A stretch of 64,000 nt of DNA from Octopus bimaculoides. Lineage: Eukaryota. The stretch spans positions 50,273,815-50,337,814 of the forward strand of contig NC_068993.1 in assembly GCF_001194135.2 (NCBI RefSeq), written 5' to 3'. Below, one piece after another: positions 1 to 12,416 of this stretch. The position numbers were made by a program, and so were the translations under genes. The number at the start of each line of letters is the position of its first letter. The stretch's first letter is position 1. A model generated the notes under the pieces. The model was given only the letters and a program-made list of their open reading frames with translations, did not search any database and was not told the DNA's origin.

Positions 1-83
1 AATAACTCAGATGATCAATGGTTAATAGTTGTAGCAACAATGACAAATAAAGGTATATTAAATATTATACAAGATAGATTCTT

Positions 84-240
84 CATCATCATCGTTTAAC
101 ATTCGCTTTCCATGGGTTGGACGATTTGACTGAGGACTGGTGAAACCAGATGGCTACACCAGGCTCCAATCTGATTTGGCAGAGTTTCTACAGCTAGATG
201 CCCTTCCTAACGCCAACCACTCAGAGAGTGTAGTGGTGAA
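84..240 (-). mobile_element. SINE-like family A, short copy (sense strand ends GTTAAACGATGATGATG)
   Basis: Near-identical to copies at 12142, 28864, 41014 and 52939; (CAT)n tail at left end. Confidence 0.9.
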
Positions 241-663
241 ATTATCCCCACTTCCAGGGATCGTAAAACAACTGAGAAGAGGAGATAATCTTGAGAATTC
301 TCCAAAATTCACACAACAGTAAGGAAATAAATCTGTCTGGGGCAAAAGGACAGCCAGGGCTGTCCGTCTTTGATAGGCATTGTCAGCACTGTGGATATGT
401 TTGCAGTCTTATTGGATGTTATCAATATAGCATATTATACATGAGATTGCTCTGATCAGTTGACATATTTTTGAGGCTTTTTACATATAGAAACTGTTAT
501 GAAGAGTAGAATTTTAGCTAATATAATAATTAGGAAATATGTTGTGTATGTGTGTGAAAAGTATATGTTTGTGTTACGGTCTATAAAGCCAATGTTGTTT
601 GTATCCTATAATGCCCTGAAATGTAATGGATTGATAAAATGTGGATCAGACTAGGAGTGTATT

Positions 664-750
664 CGAACTGGGGTCAATATAATCGATTAAATCCCTTTAA
701 AATGGTGCCCCAGCATGAACGCAGTCAAGTGGCTGATGCCAGCAAAAAAT
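664..750 (+). mobile_element. SINE 3' tail fragment (family C-type tail)
   Basis: GGTGCCCCAGCATGAACGCAGTCAAGTGGCTGA resembles GGTGCTCCAGCATGGCCACAGTCAAAAGACTGA at 26473 and the tail at 61950-62000. Confidence 0.6.
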
Positions 751-1018
751 ATATCAGAGAGAGAGAGAGAGGGAGAATGTGTGTGTTTCACAGATGATTA
801 CATAGGTTGAGTTGATATTTGGGTTCCAATACATACACACTGCTATATATAACTGTCTAAATCATGTTGTGGAGGTGGTGATGGTGATGTGGTAGCAGTG
901 TTGTAGTAGAGGGGATGAAAAAAAGTAGTTGGAGGGAGTAGAAAACAAAGAGTATATAGAGTGGTGGGATGAATAGAAAGAAGGAGAATTTACCTGAAAG
1001 CCCAGGGAAATGTAGAAA

Positions 1019-1132
<114 letters not shown>

Positions 1133-1460
1133 GATTTGGTTGATTAAATCTAGTTGAAAGCGCTTTAGACTGGTTTTCCAGGTCACTTGGCCCTTATCGT
1201 TATTATAAAAACTGAGTAAAAAAACAAATAAACCCCACCCCCACAAACAAATGGTAAAGATTCAAACGACATGACTGCCTGATTATCCACATGTATGTAT
1301 GCAAACATGTATGCATGCAAATACAAACACTGCTTGCAGGATGGATTTTATTAAATGTTATATACATCTTACCTACACCACTTCAGTAAGGCATTAACGG
1401 GTTAATAATTTTGTGAATGAGGATCTTTTGTATATGTGTTTATATGGGAGTGGTGTTTAT

Positions 1461-1660
1461 CTGTTGTTGTTTAGTCCCAGGTCAGCTGTGATCAAGCTGA
1501 CCTTTGATCAATAGCACACCAGCTATGACCATCTTGTCTTACGTGTAAATATAAGGAATCCAGTACCACATTTCTAAGAGACACTATACTGTTATTTGGG
1601 GAATTGTTTAACTGCATTTTGTAGGAAGATGAACAACCACATAGATTTCCCTAGTGATGT
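1461..1660 (-). mobile_element. Dispersed repeat family F ((AAC)n-tailed), diverged
   Basis: TTGTTGTTTAGTCCCAGGTCAGC...CCAGCTATGACCATC shared with 7880-7960, 49947-50040, 53408-53585 and 59335-59485; orientation inferred from the tail. Confidence 0.65.
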
Positions 1661-1661
1661 G

Positions 1662-1695
<34 letters not shown>

Positions 1696-1884
1696 TCAGT
1701 GAATGGAGTAAAACGCATATGTTAACTGCATACTTTTATTTCCAACATATGTTTCGAAGATTACAAATTATACCTTCCATAGGAATCGGTGAAGTTAAGA
1801 ATGTAATCTTCTCTTCAGGGAAATGCATGGGAACCAGTTTAAACATAAGACATTTTAACCGAATATATATATATATATAAATAT

Positions 1885-1942
1885 CACCATTTCGAGCGTG
1901 GCCGTTTTCGTGCGGGTGACACGTAAAAGCACCCACTACACT
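1885..1942 (+). mobile_element. Family A internal fragment with 21-bp internal deletion, truncated by gap
   Basis: Aligns to 12170-12250 except for the missing GCCAGTACCGCCTGACTGGCC. Confidence 0.85.
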
Positions 1943-2947
1943 NNNNNNNNNNTCTTGATGTATATAATATATGTAATAGAAGCATATATCAATGGAAAAA
2001 TGCTGTATTTCTGGCCCTATCAACTTTTACCACAATGTAAAACAGTTAATGGGTATCTCAGTGGTTGTTCAAGTTCCTAGAAAAAGCTGCCAGTTCTCCT
2101 TCGTACTACACCCTATCATCTTAGAAAGGAAGGCCTGGATATACAAAAAGACCAGGTGGAGCATATTTAGGATGATGCCTAGCTAACCTGTGGGGGGTGG
2201 GGGCTCAATGGTGACTTAAAACTCACAATGAGAATGTCCATTGTCATTATCTTCATCATTTTAACTTTTTGTTTGTTTTGTTTTGTTTTGTATGCTTGTG
2301 ATGATGATGATGATGATGATGATGAGCTTAGGTACATTCAAGAGACACCCTTTTATAGTTCTAACCTTTCTTTTGACTCCCCTGCAAAATGAACCGAAGG
2401 GAAACAATTTCGATTCGCCATTGATAAATATAAGCCTTTTATGAATAATACAAAACTTGAGTTCATATAGTGTAATTATGTATACATGTATATGGTCTCA
2501 TGTGTTTATATATATATATATATATGTATGTGTTTGTGTATGTACGCACACATGTAGCATACATAGACATACGTAGACATACACACATGTAAAAGAAAAG
2601 GTGATATATTCGATACATGCATAAACATCTAAACTAAAAAGTAGGTTAGAGAAATGTTCAGTATTTTGTGTGTGATGTGAATACAGAAAAATAAGTTATA
2701 CTTTGTATGAGTGAGTGTGCATGCATGCATATATGAATGAGTGCGCGTGCAAGCATGCGCGAATGGATACAAAAATCTGTCTATAGTAATGTGATGTCCC
2801 CCTGTGGAGAGAGGGTTATCATTCAGTGTCCCAGTTAGATTAATTCATCCTATTCATTGCAACCATTAAACTCTGATACCCCAACCCTGACATCCTCTTT
2901 TATACCTCCTGTACCATCTTCACTTTTTTTCTGCATCATCATCATCA

Positions 2948-2979
<32 letters not shown>

Positions 2980-3580
2980 GTTTATTTTATTTATTTTTAC
3001 TTTTTTTTTTGTACTTCATTCTTTCATCCTAATGAGATATCTTCAGGTCGTTATTGGCTCACCTGGCCAACTTGAAAGCGGTATCCTGAGTAGGACAAGC
3101 ATGTATTAGATGGGTCACCTTTGACCTTTTCTCTTCGTAACCAAACCTATGATGTTTATAGTGTTACACTGTACTACATGAAAGAAGAAAGAACTTGGAA
3201 TAAAAAAATGTTTTGCGTGTTTGTGTGTGTATACATACTTATGTACATACATGTGTGTGTGTATTATACACATATATAGATAAACCCTCTGGAATAAATT
3301 CTTTCTCTCTTTTGTAAACTCCAGTACACCTATCTCTCTCATTCTCTTTTGCTATATATACATACATATGTATACAAGTATATACATACATACATACATA
3401 CATATATATGTACATACATATGTATATTCTTCTGTGTAGTGTATACAAAGCCATTTTGAGAGAGGAGGGGAGAGAATATAATGTACCCCCATCACAATAT
3501 ACCTTGCAATCAGTTCTAACCTTCACAGTTTCAATTCTGTTTCACAACCTTGCGTGTGCATGTATGGAGGTATGTGCGTG

Positions 3581-3628
<48 letters not shown>

Positions 3629-4099
3629 CTTGATTAAAAAGCAAAATTAATTTTAGTAAAATTCCAAAGGCTCCACTCCAAACACCCTTGCCACCACCCA
3701 CATCATTGGCCAATGTGGGAGCCTCTGCATTGTTGCTTGACCTGTTACAAATGGCAGCTAAACCTCTCTCATATCATCATCTCCTACCAACTTAACAGAG
3801 TAAGGACACAGTTATTGAACAGTGTCGTTAGTCCTTGATATATATAGACTCCCAGATGGTCAATGCATGCCNNNNNNNNNNNNNNNNNNNNNNNNNNNNN
3901 NNNNNNNNNNNNNNNNNNNNNNNNNNNNNNNNNNNNNNNNNNNNNNNNNNNNNNNNNNNNNNNNNNNNNNNNNNNNNNNNNNNNNNNNNNNNNNNNNNNN
4001 NNNNNNNNNNNNNNNNNNNNNNNNNNNNNNNNNNNNNNNNNNNNNNNNNNNNNNNNNNNNNNNNNNNNNNNNNNNNNNNNNNNNNNNNNNNNNNNNNNN

Positions 4100-4159
<60 letters not shown>

Positions 4160-4803
4160 TTCTTGCACATATTCACATACACCCACTTTCTCTCTTATAC
4201 CCACAGTCATGCTCTCACACACCACACACAAGTGGAGATATAAATGGCCATTCTGTGTGTGTGTGTGTGTGTGTGTGTAATGTATGTTTGTGTGTACATT
4301 GGTATGAAAACATTTTCCGTTTCATGTTCATTTCTTATGGTGTCCCATACTTCAAAAAAATTTACCACCACCCTAACCATTTTCCATACCACCCCATCCA
4401 CATTCATATCCACAGCCACACTCTGAAATGCACCAACCCTAACTCTTCATCATCTGACTCCCCACCATACCTCTTCTATTATTAGACATGTTGTATACCC
4501 CTTGAATAATACTGCTAGTTTGAAATAAACTACGAGAAAAAAAAATAAATAAAATAAACCATGGAGACCATTAGCTACATTTTCTGGTTAAGGGGTCTTT
4601 GGTTGTCAGAGGTATAGAACAGGACGTTTTTGGAGATGGTGGTGGCGATGGGGCGATGTTGATGGTGATAAATGGTGGTGGTGGCACAGTAATAAATCAG
4701 CTTTATAAAAGAATAGTCTGGCTTTTCAGTTTCACATAATTCTCTTGAATATCTCCAAACATTAAAAGACTGCAGTATTTACATTATTTCCATTGTTGTT
4801 CTA

Positions 4804-4863
<60 letters not shown>

Positions 4864-5499
4864 TATACACACACACACACACACATCACTTATATTTGTG
4901 TATATGCTTGGGTGTGTTCACATATGAGTGAAATGCAAACATACTGGAAGGGACACGTGTATTTATGTTACACATACAGACACATACAAAGTTGAAGTCT
5001 GTTGGGCTCTTTTCCTTACGCCTTGCCTTTGCCCCTGTATTTACTAACAACTATCATCATCATCATCATCAATCACAGCACCTTCAACAGTCTCTTGTCA
5101 GATGAGACTGTCTCTGTAGTATTTTTCCTCCCCCATTGTTATTGTTTTTTCGTTTGACTGTTGATGTATACAGCCTAGGGATTTAGTTTGTTTAGTTTTG
5201 ATGATCTTAAAAGTTTAAAGGTAACCGCGTGGAGGTGTGTGGTGTGAGGGCATGTTTCAGCAGTTCAAAATGGTGGGTGTCTATTGTGATAGTGAATTGA
5301 TGAGATGACATTTAAGGGCCCCCAGTTTTAGCTACTCACAAAACTAACTTGCAGCTTCATTCACCGTTCATCATCGCTGTAATTTAAATACAGATAAACT
5401 GTATAATGTATTAAATCTACACAAATTATTAATTGAAGACACAACGTTCCCTAGGAGATTTATATCTGTATGTTTATACGTCTGCTATCATTACATGTG

Positions 5500-5573
<74 letters not shown>

Positions 5574-6319
5574 TGTATGTTTATTAAATGATTTTTATCT
5601 AATTAAGTAAAAAAATGTTATTTAGATGTTGATGTTTTATAAAACTTTTTTTTTTCTAGTAGCTTGTTAACCTTTTAATAACCATAGTTAATTAACAAAT
5701 AAAAGTTATTAAAAATTATGTTTTGCATAATTTACAAATAAAGTTGAATTCAGTTTGAAAAAAATATAGAAGATGTAATTATCTTGAAATTTTAACAAAT
5801 CTTTTTTGTTTTTTCTTCTCCCCTGCCATTTTTTTTTTTCTTTTTTAGTTCTTCCATTTAATTTATCTGCTCATGTTATTGGTTTACTATTTTTAAAAAT
5901 TTTGTTTTTTATTTTGTTAAGTGCGAAAAATTGCAAGTTATGAGAACTGAATTCTAAAATTAAAAATAATTCCAAATGTTATTTATTATCAAAGAAACAA
6001 TCACCAATTTTTATTTCTACATATTTTCACCCTCCTTTCTCCAAGGTTTACAGAATGTTCCAGGCTGGTGGAATGTTGCTTTGATCTCGCCAAAATAATA
6101 TTTATTCCATCTTTGCAACTGCCAGCCTTAATGGAATTTCTTTTGAGACCTAAAATTTTTCAAAAACAAACATCCGTATTCCAACAATGATGGTTCCAAG
6201 CTGAAATCTCTGTTACGGCTTCTGGCTGTTTTATATGTTTGCTGCAGTTGCAAATAAATAGCATCTCGACTACACTTTCGTTTAGACAAGTTTTTCCAGT
6301 GATATTTTCTGACAATATT

Positions 6320-6697
6320 TCAAGTGCTCTTCGATTGGCTGACTGGAACTGAGGAATGCAGTTCCGTCATTCCAAAGACACATCTTGTTGGGATCCCAAT
6401 CTCTTTGAGAAGGCTGACGGTGATCGGGGAGTGGGGTGTAGAAATCCTCTCACAGACCTGTCCTCCCATCAGATCTGGAATGTGAATCATTGCTGCAGAG
6501 GCAGCAGTGGTAGGGGAAGGTAGGATAAGGTGGTGCAGAGTGGGGTAGGGTCGATTAGGGTGGAGGCGAAGACGAAGAAGCAATGCTGGTGTTGCTAGTT
6601 GCATTGTTGGTGCATTCCTTCCTTGCATATCTTCACAGGTTTGGAGCCAGTGTAGTAATGAATGAAATGGAATTCTGTAGTAAACAACAGTGTTTTC
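6320..6697 (-). CDS. Candidate coding exon, unknown product (ENTVVYYRIPFHSLLHWLQTCEDMQGRNAP...SQSKST*)
   Basis: 126 open codons in unique, locally GC-richer DNA. A CAG acceptor at 6700-6698 has an in-frame TAA just upstream, but its pyrimidine tract is weak. AT-rich UTR-like sequence follows the stop. No recognisable domain. Confidence 0.3.
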   Translation of the reverse strand, partial: ENTVVYYRIPFHSLLHWLQTCEDMQGRNAPTMQLATPALLLRLRLHPNRPYPTLHHLILPSPTTAASAAMIHIPDLMGGQVCERISTPHSPITVSLLKEIGIPTRCVFGMTELHSSVPVSQSKST

Positions 6698-7393
6698 CTG
6701 TTATAAGGCATGCACATGCAAACACTGCAATACACATACTGCATACTATACATGCACATACACACACACACATTGCATTACACGCATACATATATGCATT
6801 ATATAAAGATATACACAGAGAGAGACAGTAAGCTGTAGAACTTTTATAAATATGCTGACACTGATGGCTGTTTTAATGGACAACATTTTGTAAATAATTG
6901 CATTATTTATTAGCTTTTACCTTTAATTTTCTTCAAAGTATTTTAGTGTTTGTCTTCAAATAATTTTCTTTATTATTTTTATCTATTTTTTCCACATCAA
7001 ATAAACTTGGTTGGTTTTATTATTCTGCTTTTATTTATTATTTTTTTGTTTTTGGCTCATGTAAAAAAAAAAAAATGAAATATATAAAAAAAAACACAAT
7101 CTCCTTAAAATTTACTTTTTCCAACATAAGTTGGTAGAAATGTCTTTTTTAGTGACAGTTAAATGTTATCATGGAACTTTACATTGTAAATACATAGTTT
7201 TCAATTCAAATAGGCGGCATTCATTAAAGAACATATATACTTCTTGTGAAATAATTTGGTGTGTTTGTGTGTGTGTGTATATATATATTGGAATGGGTAA
7301 GTGTTTGTGTATGTACACATATGAGTGAATCTATGTGAATATGTGTGTGTGTATAAATGTATATGTACAATATATGTATATTTGTGTGCTTAT

Positions 7394-7438
<45 letters not shown>

Positions 7439-7607
7439 CATACATACATACATATGTATGCCTCTTGTACACCTGATTTCTTAGTATGTGTGAGACAAAA
7501 GTTTATGGGACCAATCTTGAAAATATATGTCTAATGGTTTGCTGTATCAAAAGAATTTGAATATTTGATCTTTTAATTGTTCAGTACACACATACACTCA
7601 CAAACAC

Positions 7608-7660
<53 letters not shown>

Positions 7661-8251
7661 GGTCTTGAATATTGATGTACAATGTATTTACATGTTTGTG
7701 TCTTGTCAGTAGCATTTATATATATATATACACACACAAACACACACACACACAATAGTTTTTGTACTGTCAATTTAACAACTAAGTACTCAACTAATGC
7801 CATTGCTGAGCTTAATTCTTGATCAAAACACTGAACTTCTTATGTCCCCAGTTGATCTAACTGCAAGTAGTTGACCTTGAATGGTTGTTGTTTAGCTCAG
7901 ATGAATCTGGGTTGAGTAGATCTAATCATAGAAAACATTCCAGCCATATTTATCCAATCTTTTTCCTGACATACACATAGTTCATTTCAGACTACACTAT
8001 TAAATTCCTCCATTATATCAGCTCTCTTTCTGGTTCATACACGGAATGGTAAAGTTAAATGTTGTAAGCACTGGCAGCACTATAAAACTGATGAACAAGT
8101 TGTTTTCGTGTCTGGCAAAGCTGAGTTCAGGCCAACCTTTTGATACAATTTGGAGATGGACGCAAGCCACTATACTGACCGGCTTCGATGGTTTCTGTGC
8201 AGCCATATTCTCTGCAGTGCCCATATATCCTCTAAATGTATTTTCAGATTC

Positions 8252-8296
<45 letters not shown>

Positions 8297-8332
8297 CCTA
8301 TGTATGCACTAAATATTTAGAGAGTAAGCGGT

Positions 8333-8497
8333 ACAGGTAAGGTATGTGGTTAAGAAGTTCAGAGTTTTGGTTTTGGGTTCTGGGTTCTGGTCCCTTACAC
8401 TGCGCTTAGACAAGTATCTTCTGTAATGACTTCAGACTGGTCAGTACCTTGTGAATGGACTTGATAGACTGAAAATTATTTTGAAGCCTATCATATA
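8333..8497 (+). mobile_element. Family C tRNA-headed SINE, old 5' part
   Basis: Degenerate match to the head at 61617 (TGTGGTTAAGAAG...GGGTTCTGGTCCC...GACAAGTATCTTCT). Confidence 0.6.
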
Positions 8498-8523
8498 TGT
8501 AGCTGCTGAAGTCAAGCCAAATT

Positions 8524-8623
8524 CAGACTGGAACCTGGTGCACCTCTCCGGCTTACCAGTTCCAGTCAAGCTGTCTAACTCCTGCCAGCATGGAAAGCAG
8601 ACATTGAATGATGATGATCATGA
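8524..8623 (+). mobile_element. Family A 3' fragment, diverged
   Basis: CCAGCATGGAAAGCAGACATTGAATGATGATGAT tail. Confidence 0.75.
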
Positions 8624-9739
8624 TTTATATATATAAACATATATATTGTCTGTTTGTGTGTATGTGTACAGTATGTATGTCTGTTAATGAGCATGAAGTT
8701 GTTCACAATGATGTGTACAATTTCATAGATGTCATCATCAGTTGATCAGAAATGCATTTTAACTTTAAAAGTCAATAGTTATTGAACATGTGTGTGTGTG
8801 TACACATTTATACATAAATGTAAAATTTTAGAATTATGAAGTCTTGTTTCAATTCAGTAGTTTGTCTGGAATCTTGAGATTCTTTCTTTTTCACACTATC
8901 ACAAGAAAATTTTTTTCCCTATTTTCTATCTCTGCTTTTTTTTGTTGTTTGAATCTTTCAATCCTTTTTGTATTCGTATGGGAATTGAAACCAGTGTTTG
9001 TTAGGGATCTCGTGTCTAATAACAAGTCAATGGACAGTAGCAGACAGTTTTCTTAAATCTTAGACTGACTTCAAAAGGACAGTCTACTTCTCTTTGGTAA
9101 ACCAAAAATTCCATGCCGAAGAACTTCGTTAGCTTTTTGTCATCTTTATTTTTTAATTTTCTCATTATGACTGTCAGTGGAGCAATGTACAATCTTTGTC
9201 TTTCACCATTCAATTCTGTTTCATTCTTCTTCTTTTTACCGTTTTTTCCTCCTTTTTTTTCCATTCTGTGCCTTCTCTCTTTTATTCATTTTTCTCTTTT
9301 ATCGGCTGCAACCCCCACTCCCCTCCCCCTCTTTTTTTATTTCATCTCATTCCCTTTTATCTTTGCAGTAGGAACAAGGGTTGATCTAGACACAAAGATA
9401 CTTGCTCAAGGAGTAGAGAAAAACTTAATTAGAATTGCTTTGCAAAATATCATCTGTATTATTTGCTTTATGTATTGACCTAGAAGTGATTTAAAGCAAA
9501 GTCAAGATTTGAACTCAGTTGCTAGTTGATCAAGTTTAAATCATTTTGTCTGATGCTTGTTCTATTGTTTCTTACTATTAAGATTAATAATAATAATATT
9601 TAATGTTATTTGTCTTTTCTGATCAGAATTTTTATTTATTCTATTTACTGTTTTACAATTGTTTTTCCGTGCTTTAATGACTTGGATAGTGTTTATTAGA
9701 ACAACTGTTTAGTCTTAACTTGATCCATCCAAGGTCACT

Positions 9740-9934
9740 GATATTAGCTAATCCCCTCCTCTCAAAACTGCTGGTCAGGCAAAATGCTTAGCAGTACTCT
9801 GTCTCTCTTTATATTCTGAGTTCAAATTCTGCTGAGGTTGACTTTGCCTTTCATCCTTTCGAGGCCGAAAAATTAAGTACGAGTACAAATTTCAGGCCTT
9901 GTACCTTTAGTAGAAAGGATTATTATTATTATTA
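9740..9934 (+). mobile_element. Family B SINE ((ATT)n-tailed)
   Basis: B-box-like GAGTTCAAATTC followed by GACTTTGCCTTTCATCCTTTCG, shared with 10021; (ATT)n tail. Confidence 0.8.
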
Positions 9935-9944
9935 NNNNNNNNNN

Positions 9945-9980
<36 letters not shown>

Positions 9981-10020
9981 CTGTTATTATTATTATTATT
10001 ATTAGTAGTAGTAGTAGTAG

Positions 10021-10222
10021 TACGCTGGATGAAATGCTTAATGGTATTTTGCCTGTCGCTATGTTCTGAGTTCAAATTCCACTCAGGTCGACTTTGCCTT
10101 TCATCCTTTCGGAGTCAATAAAATAAGTACCAGTTGAACACTGGGTTCGATATAATCAACTCATCCCCCAGCCCCAAGCTGCCCTTGTAGAAAAAATTTG
10201 AAATAATGATTATTATTATTAT
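10021..10222 (+). mobile_element. Family B SINE
   Basis: Same body as 9740-9934, plus AAAATAAGTACCAGTTGAACACTGGG and an (ATT)n tail. Confidence 0.85.
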
Positions 10223-10395
10223 TTCTTCTTCATTGGGAAGTATTGGGAAGTGGGTTGGGAGACATTTTAAGTGTATTTTGTATTTGTATATTTTTGAAAT
10301 TTATGTGCGATGTTTCTTCACCACCACCACCACCATTTTTGTAACAATATTTAAGCAACTCTCTGTTATCTCTATTACTACAGCTAAAATTATGT

Positions 10396-10428
<33 letters not shown>

Positions 10429-10848
10429 TTCATGTGTATGTATGTATCTCTATGCATTTGTGTTTTGTGGGGGACCAAACTGCTGTAAGACTACTTTTGA
10501 AATAACCAAAGGGAAAAGAAATGCAAAACAAGCTGTCATTCCTCACTAAAAACTAAATCATTGTCTATATAGCTGTGTTTGTTTGATTCCCTTTGCTGAG
10601 AAGCAGAAAAGAAATACATCAAAGTTAGAGATACTACCTACCTACCTACCAGAGAAACCACCAGCCAACCCCTAATATAAAATCTGGGTTCAGACTGACA
10701 AGTGCTATAATAAGCAAATCATTTCATGTCAAAGGAAGACAGTGGAATGATATCTCTTACTCACTCTTCCTTCCTTCTCTATTACCACCAACCCCTTCAA
10801 TGCCAACACCCACACATGCCTTCTCTCTCTCTTTTTCTCTCTCTCTCT

Positions 10849-10910
<62 letters not shown>

Positions 10911-11270
10911 CTCTCGCTCCTCCTCTCCTTTGATATTTTTGTTATATTTTTTTCCAACTGCAATCTCAGGCAACCATCTGTAGAACTTATCCCAGAAACG
11001 CCAACCATTCTCAGGGATTTCATTTTCTCAACACCCTGTTCCACAAATTCTTCCAGTAAAAAACTAGAAATAAGGGTAATGTTTAGTGCTGAAACATAAA
11101 TAAAGAAGGAAAGTATGAAAGAAACAAATTATAGGGTGTGTGTATGTGGGGATATTGGAGCCACACCCCCACTTCTTACCCTGCTCATCATAAGACTAAA
11201 CAGCATCAAGCCATTTTCTCTCTCTCCAGTGTACCCCTACCCCATCATACTCTCCTCCATCTGTGCTTAA

Positions 11271-11498
11271 CTCTTTAGCATTCAAATTACTTTCTCAAAT
11301 ATAATGCTTCTTTATTCACATTATTTTGAATTAATCAAGCATTATGTTGTATCTTAGAGATTTTAATGATGTGATTCTATATTTTTAGAATAACATTGTA
11401 GGGTAGATGTAAGACACTGGATTTGGTCAGTTTGAACATAAACCATGTAGAATATTTGAATATTTGAGCCGAATATAGCTGGTTTAAATGCTGCCGGG
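11271..11498. mobile_element. TTAA-flanked MITE (piggyBac-like), decayed
   Basis: TTAA at 11267-11270 and 11499-11502; imperfect TIRs CTCTTTAGCATTCAAA / TTTAAATGCTGCCGGG. Confidence 0.55.
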
Positions 11499-11732
11499 TT
11501 AAAGTCTGAACCATGTCCTTTTGTAATCTAAGTATTACAGGGTTACTTCTGATCTAACTATATATAACCCTCTGGCTGCCAAAATAACTTGTATGTTTAG
11601 TGTTTCTTTAATTATTTTCTTTGGTTTCCTGTAACAATTACTTCTTTAACTAAACTTTAACACATCCACGCACACACACATGCATACATGCATTTGTGCA
11701 TGTACACATACATACATGTGTGTGTGTGTGTA

Positions 11733-11888
11733 CAGGCATAACCATGTGGCTAAGCAGTTCTCTTTAGTTCCATGTCATTTATGGTGTGTTTCTTCATTGC
11801 ATAGTACTGTGAGCAGGTCCCTTCTATGGTCATATGCTGACCAATGTCATGTGAAAGGAGTTGGTAGATGGAAACTGGGGGAAGCTTG
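11733..11888 (+). mobile_element. Family C SINE 5' part, old
   Basis: Ends TTGGTAGATGGAAACTG...GAAGC as in the copies at 55464 and 61617. Confidence 0.65.
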
Positions 11889-12141
11889 AGTGCGTGTGCG
11901 TGTGTGTGTGTGTATAGATACATAGATAAATAGATACATACACACACACACATTCCGAATCATGCACACTCGTCTGAGTGTATAAATATGATTACATATA
12001 AATAGATTAGTGTGTGTATGTGAGTGTGTATGCGCATGCGTTTGTGTATGCATACAGTCCTGTACACTTGTGTAAATATGTAAACATGATTATGGTATAA
12101 GTAAATTTGTATGTGTGCGTATATATATATATATATATATA

Positions 12142-12416
12142 TGGCTCCTGTGCAGGTGTCACGTAAAATGCATCATTTTGAGCGTGGCCGTTGCCAGTAC
12201 CGCCTGACTGGCCTTCGTGCTGGCGGCATGTAAAAGCACCCACTACACTCTCGGAGTGGTTGGCATTAGGAAGGGCATCCAGCTGTAGAAACTCTGCCAA
12301 ATCAGTTTGGAGATTGGTGTAGCCATCTGGTTCACCAGTCCCCAGTCAAATTGTCCAACCCATGCTAGCATGGAAAGCAGACGTTAAACGATGGTGATGA
12401 TGATGATGATGGTGAT
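12142..12416 (+). mobile_element. Family A, 5'-truncated long copy
   Basis: High identity to 28864 and 52939 (reverse complement); (GAT)n tail. Confidence 0.92.

Noticed and set aside
3115-3127. Nuclear-receptor DR1-like motif AGGTCAAAGGTGA (minus)
   Set aside because: A single one-mismatch motif is compatible with chance in 64 kb.
3057-3175. Strong minus-strand donor CAG|GTGAGC at 3063 with possible acceptors upstream
   Set aside because: The best acceptor gives stops in all frames, and shorter options give no recognisable peptide.
8018-8230. Unique exon-like segment with ORFs on both strands
   Set aside because: No frame gives a recognisable peptide or a convincing splice join to the 6697 exon.
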